Of a stretch of DNA of 64,000 nt, positions 54,956-64,000 are shown in pieces (positions within the stretch are counted from its first letter, which is position 1; each line of letters opens with the position of its first letter). Made by a program: the position numbers and the translations under genes. Under the pieces are notes generated by a model. That model had not been told where the DNA came from, searched no databases, and was given only the letters and a program-made list of their open reading frames with translations. Source of the stretch: Diplonema japonicum (lineage: Eukaryota; Protista; Euglenozoa: Diplonemea). The stretch covers positions 496,001 through 560,000 of the forward strand of contig OZ025657.1 of assembly GCA_964019335.1 (NCBI GenBank). The letters are read 5' to 3'.

Positions 54956-56037
54956 ACCATCTTAGAAGACGCCACCAACATGAAACTTACCATGAACACC
55001 GCTAGGAAAGTGGCGAGGACAAGGACAGTTGTGAGGAGCTTCTCACTGGAGTCAGAAAGAACTGGGACAGGTGGCGAAGGGGTAGGCGGTGCGGGTGAGT
55101 AGCTGAATTGTGATGTGCATTGCGGTGGTGAGAAGCCGCCGGAGGGACATTTTGAGGTGTTCGCACAATTTGGGTTACGGTGGTTGCATGTTGTGAGTTC
55201 GGCAAAACGGCCTCTCCGTAATGGGCGGTACACCTTATGCACACGCACTTCCCTGCCGTTCGTGGTTCGTTTGGGCCGCTGATGCACTGTGTTCGGGGTC
55301 AGGGACGTGACCAGCCCTAGTTGTGCTTGTGTAACACTAAGCACTTTGGACGAGATAACCCAGGTGACCGTCTCTGTACACGGCGGGTAAGGGAGAGACC
55401 CTTTGTACACATATACATCACCACCTGGGTATGTGTCTGGGGCCACAGCAGGCATTGTCATCTTCTCTTTGTTTTGATCCCTCGCAGCAGTAAGATGTGG
55501 CCTGAGGTTCTCAATAAACGGATCCATCGCTGTCCCGTTCTGGAAGAAATCCGACACCACCACGATGTCCTCTTTACAAGAGAAGTGGTACTCCGGTCGC
55601 CTCTTGGTGCCGTCCTCTTCGTATGCCTTATCTTTTGGGATGAACCACATCTGCCGCTCAACGTTAAAGCGCTGCCCTTCCATCGTGTGTTCTGAAGGCG
55701 TTTTGAAGATAATCTTCTGCAGCAGCATATCTTCTCTGAACAAAGACCCCACAGCCACCATTCCCAGCTCCATCAGCTCTATCTCCAGTCCTGTTGCTTT
55801 GATGGCGAGCTCTGCTTTCTTTGGAGCCTTCGTGCCTATCCAGAAATGCAGAAACTCGTTCCCCACTCTTTCCATGTCACGTGTTCGAAGGTCGATTGGG
55901 CTCTGCATGTCTCCTGTCCCACATATCTCGTACCTTTTGTGCAGAGTGTGCCACTGGCTGGTTTCCTCATACCCCCAACCAGGAAGGACTTCACGCACGT
56001 CACACCCCAAGCTTGCTGTGAGAAGGAACACAAGCAT
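54796..56037 (-). CDS. Alpha-carbonic-anhydrase-related type I membrane protein, Zn ligands lost; probable in-frame intron 54895-54957
   Basis: WGY..W..C..G.MQSPIDL, TPSEHT, YKGSLPYPPCTETVTW; signal peptide, Pro-rich stalk and TM segment. Confidence 0.88.
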
Positions 56038-56214
56038 CGCACATGGGCCCTGTGGTGATTGGCTTCAACGGAATAGACGATTTTTCTTTTTCCAGCCAAA
56101 AGTAAAAATCAGAAAAGAAAAGAAAAAAATAAAATAAAAAGAAAAATAAAAAGAAAACAAGAAAAAAAACTCCCCGGAGGGTGATGGGTGCTAAAAGGAA
56201 GAGAACATTCAGGC

Positions 56215-57110
56215 CTATTCCTTGTTGTTCTTCTGCCCACCACGGTGGCGACCGGTCCTCCTGGCGGCGATCAAACCGGACTTCTGCCCGGGGGGGCAGG
56301 CACGCTGCACGGTGGTGGGGTGACCCACGTGCTGATGGTTACCACCACCGTGGGGGTGCTCCACAGGGTTACGGGCAACACCTCGGATCGTGGGCCAGCA
56401 CTTGCGCTTGGCCTTGGCGGCGTAGTGGGCGGCACCGGCCTTGAGGAGGGGCTTCTCGGTACGGCCACCACCAGCGATGATGCCGATCATGGCACGGCAG
56501 TTCCAGGAGATGGACTTCTTCTCACCGGAGGGAAGCTTGATCCTGGTCCTCTCCTGCTCCGGGAGGTGCGAGATCACGATGCAGTACTCACCAGAGGCAC
56601 GGGCCTGTTGTGTATGTAATGAAAACTTAAGAAAACCAAAATCGTACCAGGGAGCCACGGTCACCGGTCTTAAGCTCAACGTTGCAAACAATGGAACCTT
56701 CAGGCACCATCTTGAGGGGAAGGCAGTTTCCGATGGCAAGCTCAGCACGCTTACCGCAGTACAGGAACTGACCAGTCTGCATGCCCTCGACGGCGATCAT
56801 ACGGGCCTGCATCCTCTTGTACTTGTACGGGTGACGGAACTGCACAAGGGCGATGGGGGCACCACGCCCGGAGTCGTGGACAATCTGCCTGACGGTTCCC
56901 TGTGATGTTGGGTTGCAGTCTTGAAAAAAAAAAAAGAAACACACCTTCACGAACCCCCTCCTCTCACCGAAATCCAGAGGGCGGAGCTTGGCGGCACCCT
57001 GCGAAAAAAGAAGGTTTTGTTGTTTGTTATGTCCATACTTTACGCTTGTGAGTGTGCGCAGTGAAGATGCTACCGGCACCCTTACGCTGAGCCAAGATAC
57101 ACTTACCCAT
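56215..57110 (-). CDS. RPL8: 60S ribosomal protein L8 (uL2), 4 exons
   Basis: Introns 56999-57038, 56900-56944 and 56605-56647 give [45 protein letters not shown]. Confidence 0.97.
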
Positions 57111-57243
57111 CTTTGGTTTTTTTTCTTTTTTTTTTTCCTCCTAACTATCAATTTGATCGTACAAAAATAGTAACGAAGTTTTTTGGGGGAGAAAAAAAAA
57201 AACTAGATACAAAGAGAATAGGAAAGGGGAATACATCTAAAAA

Positions 57244-58473
57244 TCAAGGCAGCGCCAGACACATGACGTTGGCTGTCGTGTCCGCAAGGAGGAGAAGAGC
57301 ACGGTCTTTGGAGCTGACCGGACGCCATATAATCTTTGTAGGTGTGAAGGGAGTGCTCGCGTAGGAGCAGGTGGATGGCTGCCAGAAGTATATCGACGGA
57401 GACGACGAGGCAACCGCGAGATGCGTGACATCAGGCAAGTTTGTACTTTTACCCTTTTGGAAGGCAATGGACCTCACAGACCCTATCTGTCGCAGAACAC
57501 ACTCGGCAGTGAAGTCCACCACCCGCACCACCCAAATGTAGTCTTTACAGGATTTACACACATACGCCACATAATCACCACACACCGTTAGGTGAGTCAC
57601 GCCCCCTATTTCATCCCTCTTTAAAATTTCATCATACGGCCCAACATACGGAGCACCCCCGCCTTGCTCTCTGAGGACACCCCGTGCCTTTGCTTGTAAA
57701 CTGATGACATCAACAAGCCCGTATGTTGCTGTTTCGTACACCATCAACATTTCTCTGCTTGTCCCGATGAGGAGGAAGCCCGCGTCGGGTGTCAGCTCCC
57801 ACACGAGGGAGCTGCCATTGAGCGGGTTCTGCGGGACGCTTGCAAGGAGACGGCTACCATCGTAGACCTCGAAAAGAAGTTCTTTAAACAATCCATCGAA
57901 GACAACAAGATGCGCGGCGGGTGTGTACAGGAGAGCTGCTGCGTCGGAGGTGTTAGGGGTGAAGGTGTGCAGCACTGTTCGAAGAGTACTGTCAGTGGTA
58001 TAGATGCAATCGGCCGCTGCGTTCCGGGTTAGAAGCGAGGTGCGTGACATATCCCTCGCATGGCAGTGTAGAGGGGTTACACTCTTAGGATGCGAGATAT
58101 AGTTTGAAGCAGAACCATCACCACTCCATACTGTGCACCTTGTTAAAGCTCTGTTAATGGTGGCAAAAGCTGCTCCATCTGCGCTCCAGAAGGCTGCTTT
58201 CAAACCGCCGACACCTTCGTCCACACGCATCACCTCTTGCATGTCCTTCGTGCTGAGGACCTGCACTACGTCGCGCAGGCCAACAATGCACAGCAGATAC
58301 TCCTCTTTCGGGCACCATGCGACATCGTCTACTGCGTCATCGCACTTTCCTTTTCGCACTTCCAATGTGTTCGAGCTCCTTATCAGCACCTCATCCATAT
58401 GCACGCGGTGAAACCATTCCCCGCTGGGCGAAAATCCGCACACTGAGGCCCCTACAGAGTCTCCTATTTCCAT
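57244..58473 (-). CDS. WD40-repeat protein, WRAP73/WDR8-like
   Basis: 'FSPSGEW..VQVLS...RVDEGVGGLKAAFWSADG..ISHPK'; ATG at 58473. Confidence 0.75.
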   Translation of the reverse strand: MEIGDSVGASVCGFSPSGEWFHRVHMDEVLIRSSNTLEVRKGKCDDAVDDVAWCPKEEYLLCIVGLRDVVQVLSTKDMQEVMRVDEGVGGLKAAFWSADGAAFATINRALTRCTVWSGDGSASNYISHPKSVTPLHCHARDMSRTSLLTRNAAADCIYTTDSTLRTVLHTFTPNTSDAAALLYTPAAHLVVFDGLFKELLFEVYDGSRLLASVPQNPLNGSSLVWELTPDAGFLLIGTSREMLMVYETATYGLVDVISLQAKARGVLREQGGGAPYVGPYDEILKRDEIGGVTHLTVCGDYVAYVCKSCKDYIWVVRVVDFTAECVLRQIGSVRSIAFQKGKSTNLPDVTHLAVASSSPSIYFWQPSTCSYASTPFTPTKIIWRPVSSKDRALLLLADTTANVMCLALP

Positions 58474-59324
58474 GTTCCTCTGGAATTGGGCTTTGAGTGC
58501 TGAAAGAAGGGAGGGAAAAAAAAAAAAAAGAAAAAAAAAACCGAGAGGAAAAAAAAAAAAAAAAAAAGAAAGGGAGGGGAACAAAATGAATGGGTGAAAG
58601 AGGAAGGATAGGTGGTGGTGGTAGATAAATAAACCCTGAATGCTTTTCGCGACACAGGAGAGGGGGGGGAAGGCCCCAAATTGCCTTTAAAAAAAAAAAA
58701 AGAGAAACAAAAAAAAGAAATTCACTACAATAGGAAACGATGCTCCCCCTTAGGGTCGTTCCCTTCTTCTCTCGGCCCTATCAGCTAGTGCTGTCATCCC
58801 CGACGCAAACAGGGCCCTCTATTAAAGCCAACGACGCCGTTGCGGCCGATAGATCGTAGTGCTGGGACGCTGCGAAGGCGCTCCTCTTTCTTGTGTTCTA
58901 CGTGTCGTCTAGAGCATATAAGCTTTAAAAAAAAAAAAAAACAAGAAAAAACGAAGATAATTTGTATTAAAAGGTGGAAAAAAAAAACAAAAGTAGAAAT
59001 CTTATTTAAAAAAATTTTTCCCTTCAATTAAAAAAAAAAAAGCAGATAGAACGGGTTCCTTAGGTGACGCGAGAGAGAATGAAGAATAGGTGGGAAGAAA
59101 GAAGAAGGGGAAAGAAAGAAAAAAAGAGAGAGAGAAAACAAAATCAACGTGCTTTCTTTTACGTCTTCTCTTTTTTTTTTTTCTATTGCCCCCTCTTTTC
59201 TTAAGAAAAACTTTTTTTTCCCTTCTCAGATTCTCTTTTTTTTTTTTTTTTTTTTCCCTCTTACCTATCACCTTCGGAACAGCTTTTATGGGAAGAGTGA
59301 ACTTTTCGTTCACGAGAAGGGAAA

Positions 59325-59357
<33 letters not shown>

Positions 59358-59360
<3 letters not shown>

Positions 59361-59886
59361 CTGAACATCAACATGTATAGATTCAGATTTGTGGATTTCT
59401 TGTTGAATACCAATTGATATGGTAGAAGGGGCATTTAAAGGACAGGCCTTCAAGGGGAGAGGTGGTGGGGGTGCAAAAGATTCGAAGTTAGAGGGGTGTA
59501 TTTGGGTTATATTATAGCTGTCGTAGTAACGGTAGGATGAGAAGACATTTACCATAAAAAGGATGCTGAAATATGAAGTGTGGGTGTCGAGGTATTCAGT
59601 CCGGTGCCGCGTGCTTGTGTTCCACCACTCTATTGACCAAAACAACAGCCCCGCAATGCCGAAAAAGTGGGCCACAACAATAGGTACATTAAGCGATAGG
59701 TTCCGCCTGCATATTACCATGTTCGCAAAAAGTACAGTAAATGCACCCAGAGGCACTCCGCTGCAGGCCCATCTCCCACATTCATATAAAGATAAGACTT
59801 GTATGTATTGCAGCATCATGATGGCTACACTGATGAACAATTGCAGGCTGAAGTTCCATCGGACATAGCCCATGTTCTGGCTAAGA

Positions 59887-59891
<5 letters not shown>
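59358..59891 (-). CDS. Hypothetical 4-TM membrane protein
   Basis: Four hydrophobic segments; ATG adjoins a (TA)n tract. Confidence 0.5.

Positions 59892-59917
<26 letters not shown>
59890..59917. repeat. (TA)n microsatellite
   Basis: Directly visible. Confidence 0.9.
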
Positions 59918-59925
<8 letters not shown>

Positions 59926-60166
59926 TTTTTAATTTCCTCCCCCGCTTCCAATTTATTTGTATTTTTTTTTTTTTTTTTTTGAAATATAAAAAAAAAAATT
60001 TTTTTTTCGGCAAATACTAAACTGTTGTTATTATGAAAAAAAAAAAAGAAAAGGGGTAAAAAAGGAAGAAAAAGAAAGAAAAAAAAAAAAAAAAAAGAGG
60101 CGGGCGAAGAAAAAGAGAATCAATCTTCTCTCGACCCTCTTCTTTTTTTTTTTTCTTCGTTTTATT

Positions 60167-60630
60167 CTAATAACGGTAAATCCCAAACACCGTGGCCACT
60201 GCGAAAAGACCCTAATGGAAAAAAAAACTTTTTTTCCCCCCCCCGTAGTAAAATCATCGTACCTTGTTCATGTAAATATCTTGGGCATAACTGTCTGTGT
60301 CCTGGTCCCAAAAGCATCTACACCCCTGTGTGTTTTTTTTTTTTTTTTTTCCCGCCCGATTCATACCATCTTGACCCCATCACCCTTTTGTTCGCATATA
60401 AAAACATTTACGATCAGCTTGTATCTGTCGTAGTCCTGCTGCTTCAGCCTGTCTCGTATAGTGTCCGCAACTTCCTTTGTGAGACTGCTGACGCTGTCTG
60501 CGTTGTACTCCCCGCCATCCAACTTGTCCACCAACACCCTCCGTATCACATCTCTTACTTGGTTTGCTCTAAATTTATTTTTGTAGTTCGGTCTCAACGA
60601 GAACGTCTCTTGGTCGACTTCCGTAGACAT
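60167..60630 (-). CDS. Tctex-type dynein light chain (TCTEX1D2/DYNLT2B-like), 3 exons
   Basis: Introns 60326-60366 and 60212-60262 give FSLRP..RYKLIVNVFICEQKGDGVKM|GCRCFWDQDTDSYAQDIYMNK|GLFAVATVFGIYRY*. Confidence 0.93.
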
Positions 60631-60756
60631 CTCTGCCCCTGTCGCCTGGCGATAATATTTTTAAAACTTTTTTCAACACATAAAGCGTCAAGGAAAAAAC
60701 AAACAACAAAGACGAATGTAGAAGAAGAGCAAAGAATGGAGAAAAAAAAAAAAAAA

Positions 60757-60790
<34 letters not shown>

Positions 60791-60792
60791 GC

Positions 60793-63700
60793 CTAATACA
60801 TGCTACTGAACCCGCTGTACCCACCATACGTTTCGCAAGGGAGTCTGTAGGTGCTCCCTCGAAGTCTTGATACACACTTGCTGTAACTGTTTGTCAGGCG
60901 CGGGCGGTAGTAGCCAAAGATGGCGTACCTGCGTCGCATGGCGGCCTGTCGTCCACCATACCCACGCCACACCTTTGCTATCGTTGTAACCGCATGTGCT
61001 CTGACGTGTGACCGTGTGCCGTACATCTCGTGTCTCCGCAATGGCGCTGTGAACACCTCGACCGAGGCGCGCCTCCTGAGCGACGTGACGTGCCTGTCGT
61101 CTGTGTATGCCTCGCGCATGCTGCGTGGGTACGTTGTTGCCACCTTGCGAGAGTACGAACCCGGCGTGGCCAGCACCTGTGGTGTCTGCGGCGATGCCAC
61201 TGGCGACGGGAGCCACTCGCCCCGTTGGTCCCCCGGCTGATACCCGCTGTTCTCAAACTCACGCTCGACTTCATACAAACTTCTCACAGGCACAGACTCG
61301 TATTGCCGCTGACGTGCAGAGACCGTTTCCGAACGTGAACTGCGATACGGTTCCTGTGGGTGGGCATGGGCTGCCTCTCTGTGGTACGGTTGCGATGCAG
61401 GTCTTGATGCAGGTGTGGGTTCCGTGTACAGTTCAACAGTTTGCTGTTCATGTTCTGATAGGGGGCGTGAGTTGACAAACACAGGCTCGGGGTGAACAGG
61501 AGCGGCTATCTCTGACAAGGGAATGGGTTCGGGTGCAGGCTCCGGAAGTGAGCGGTTCTCCTGTGAGCTGCCATTTATGTCTTCTTCTTGTAATACAACT
61601 TCTTCTTGAACCTCCTGTTGAACTTCCTCTTGCGGGGGTTCACAGACAGCAGATCCCAACACGCGCTCTTCTACGCGAGGTGGAGGCAGGTCTGTTGTCG
61701 GCACACTCCCCCTTACAACAGGGGTGGCCTGCTCGCTATCCCGGCTGCTCTCAGTATCAGGTTCTATCTGAACATCAGGTTCACACTCTTCTATTGCGGT
61801 GCTAGTAAGGAGAGGAGGTGCAACACCCCACAGTGTGTATACTCCAACGGCACCCACCTTGCTAACGGCTGCTTCCTCCCTCTCTTCGTGGGTGTCCAGT
61901 TCGTTTGAGAGGGCCTCGACTACTTCATCCACAGTCACAGTTCTGTGGTCTGCTAGACTCACCTTATTACCAAGAGAATTAGGTTTGGAATGAGCAACTG
62001 CAGCTTCTTGTGCAAGTATTTTCCTAACTTCGTCTTCATGCGCCACGCGCTCCGGCGGGACCTCCTCACTCACAGTTACGGACTCGACCTTCCTAGGCGA
62101 TATTATCGAAGATGCGTGGTTAGTGTGGGGGAAGGAAACCTGGCTAGAGGCGGCCGGAATGATGGCGAGATCAGGAGCAGGGTTTTGAGGGGGGGTGAGG
62201 TGTGGTTCTTCGGGTGCCACTTCATCATTCATAGATATACATTTCTGCACTCTATACATGGACGATATACAAGAAGAGGGCAGGGTGGCAGGGGGATGGG
62301 CGACTGCGACTTGTCGCTCGCTAGAGGACGTGGTGTCCTCCGTGCATTGCTGCACTGCGAAGTCATCGGGAGGTGCTGTGCTTTCCACACAGCCATGCGC
62401 GGCCCTTCTAGGCGATGAACCAAACGCTGTTGCCAGCGCCATAACTGGAGAGGTCTCATGCTTCACCTGCTTCATGTCTGCGGTTGGCAGTACTGACGGC
62501 GAGGGTGGTGTTGCCACAGAGGTTGTCGCTACCACCGCCGGTGACGGTGACGGCGACGACATTGCAGCTGCTATAGCAGCGGTCACAGCAGCTGTCGCAT
62601 GTGCGTGCACGATGTAATCCCGGAGCGTGATCGCAGCCCCCGCCTCCATTGAAGTGGGTGCTTCAATAGCGTTACCGACTTCTTGAAGTTTGTTCATCGT
62701 TGAGACCCGCTTGTCTTCATCTGCTTGAGCCTTAGCTGGGGTTTGAGCAAGTAGCAAAACACAGGCTACTCCTGCTGTCATTACCACAGGCAGTGCTGCT
62801 TCTGATCCATCCCAAGTTAGTTTGAGAACCGGTGCTTGCTCGTCTCGTGCTGTGCTAGGATCACAGTTTAGTGAGTCGTGTGCTGACATTGACACAGCAA
62901 CGGCTGCTGCCAGTGCTGCCTGTAATTCGTCAGCAACATTAACCATCCTCTGCGGTGGATCAATCGGCTGTGTATCAAGCTCTTGTTCAACCACAGTCAC
63001 TTCTCTCCCATCCACCACCGGTGTCGGTGTCGGCGATGCCAATTCCGCACCCTTTTCACTGGTCGGTTCGGTGTCTGGCTCAAGCACCCGTTCCTGCGTT
63101 TCTTGATCCCGAGTATGACCCTGCAGTTCAGTTTTTTGTGTTGACACCGACGTGGCAGCTACTTCTGTAACAGGCACTGGATCTGTTTCCTGCAGTGGCT
63201 CAGTTAGCTGTGAATCAAGTTCTTGCGCGGCGTGCGTTGTAATCACTTCTCTCCCTGCCACTACTGGTGTTGGGGCCTCTTCTGATGCTGGAGAGGTTAT
63301 ATCCGCGCTGGTCGGTTCAGAATTCTGCGGCTCGGTATCCTGCGATTTGTCACAGTTCTGGCCCGATGGCTCGCATGCCGCAACAATGGTTGCTACAGTT
63401 GCTGCCAGTGCTGCATGCTGTTCTGCCGTCTCGATAGGAGTTAGGGCGGTCTTTTGTAATTGGTCAGTCGACTGTGTATCAGGTTCTTGTTCTGCATGAC
63501 GTGTTTGTGTCCTGGTAATCACTGCTCTCCCTGCCACCACAGGTGTCGGTGCTTCTTCAGGTGCTGGCACAGGTGGTGCTACTTCTGCACTGCCGACTGG
63601 TGCCAATGATACCGCAGGTCCTTCCATGTTACCGGTTGCGTAATCAAGAATTGAGTCCCCTGTGTTCACAACCGCACGTGAGCTGTCCGTAAAGGGTGTG

Positions 63701-64000
63701 ACCACAAACCGTGCACCACCACCATCGTCGTCGTGGCTCTCAGGGCCAGGCGTGCCAGTGCTGTCCGATGCTTGCGTGCTTGAAATTGTGACAAGCTTCA
63801 CTCTTTTTTTAAGCACGTTCCTCTTGCGATACTTATGCCTCCGTTTGGTTGCAGATGGGGGCGCAGACACATTCAGTTCTTCTTGAGCGGCATCCGAACC
63901 AAGCATGCAAAGGGTCCAAGCCAAGAGCTTGGAGCCGACTATCGTACTAGGAACATAGGCGGATAGGAATTGCTGGGCGGCAGTGCAGTCCTCCCGGGGC
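60793..64000 (-). CDS. Large low-complexity protein with internal repeats and a C-terminal IQ-like motif; 5'-partial
   Basis: Frame stays open to the window edge; repeated EEAPTPVVAGR units; AVTTIAKVWRGYGGR. Confidence 0.75.
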   Translation of the reverse strand, partial: PREDCTAAQQFLSAYVPSTIVGSKLLAWTLCMLGSDAAQEELNVSAPPSATKRRHKYRKRNVLKKRVKLVTISSTQASDSTGTPGPESHDDDGGGARFVVTPFTDSSRAVVNTGDSILDYATGNMEGPAVSLAPVGSAEVAPPVPAPEEAPTPVVAGRAVITRTQTRHAEQEPDTQSTDQLQKTALTPIETAEQHAALAATVATIVAACEPSGQNCDKSQDTEPQNSEPTSADITSPASEEAPTPVVAGREVITTHAAQELDSQLTEPLQETDPVPVTEVAATSVSTQKTELQGHTRDQETQERVLEPDTEPTSEKGAELASPTPTPVVDGREVTVVEQELDTQPIDPPQRMVNVADELQAALAAAVAVSMSAHDSLNCDPSTARDEQAPVLKLTWDGSEAALPVVMTAGVACVLLLAQTPAKAQADEDKRVSTMNKLQEVGNAIEAPTSMEAGAAITLRDYIVHAHATAAVTAAIAAAMSSPSPSPAVVATTSVATPPSPSVLPTADMKQVKHETSPVMALATAFGSSPRRAAHGCVESTAPPDDFAVQQCTEDTTSSSERQVAVAHPPATLPSSCISSMYRVQKCISMNDEVAPEEPHLTPPQNPAPDLAIIPAASSQVSFPHTNHASSIISPRKVESVTVSEEVPPERVAHEDEVRKILAQEAAVAHSKPNSLGNKVSLADHRTVTVDEVVEALSNELDTHEEREEAAVSKVGAVGVYTLWGVAPPLLTSTAIEECEPDVQIEPDTESSRDSEQATPVVRGSVPTTDLPPPRVEERVLGSAVCEPPQEEVQQEVQEEVVLQEEDINGSSQENRSLPEPAPEPIPLSEIAAPVHPEPVFVNSRPLSEHEQQTVELYTEPTPASRPASQPYHREAAHAHPQEPYRSSRSETVSARQRQYESVPVRSLYEVEREFENSGYQPGDQRGEWLPSPVASPQTPQVLATPGSYSRKVATTYPRSMREAYTDDRHVTSLRRRASVEVFTAPLRRHEMYGTRSHVRAHAVTTIAKVWRGYGGRQAAMRRRYAIFGYYRPRLTNSYSKCVSRLRGSTYRLPCETYGGYSGFSSMY

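Overview
Eukaryotic genomic DNA with a euglenozoan-type layout, most likely a diplonemid (inference). About 28 host protein genes all lie on the minus strand, as in a polycistronic unit. They are separated by homopolymer-rich spacers, and several carry tiny GT-AG introns. There are two tRNA genes: Leu-CAA (+) and Asp-GTC (-). The mobile DNA comprises a decayed pogo-type DDE transposon (246-1490), an ingi/I-group-like non-LTR retrotransposon inserted with a TSD 2 bp upstream of tRNA-Leu, a Crypton-like tyrosine-recombinase (YR) element (~43560-44996), a related non-coding palindromic element (~36899-37995), a MITE-like element, and a duplicated ~320 bp unknown repeat. Main observations: (1) the palindromes of both YR-type elements are broken systematically so that only one strand forms tandem G.A pairs and GNA mini-hairpins, suggesting recombination on folded ssDNA; (2) all 11 introns I could reconstruct are phase 0; (3) a ZNF598/Hel2-IMPACT fusion gene; (4) a divergent histone H3 whose stop overlaps the ATG of a PPR ORF; (5) retro-insertions stacked at a tRNA gene. 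All calls come from motif recognition by eye; no searches were run.
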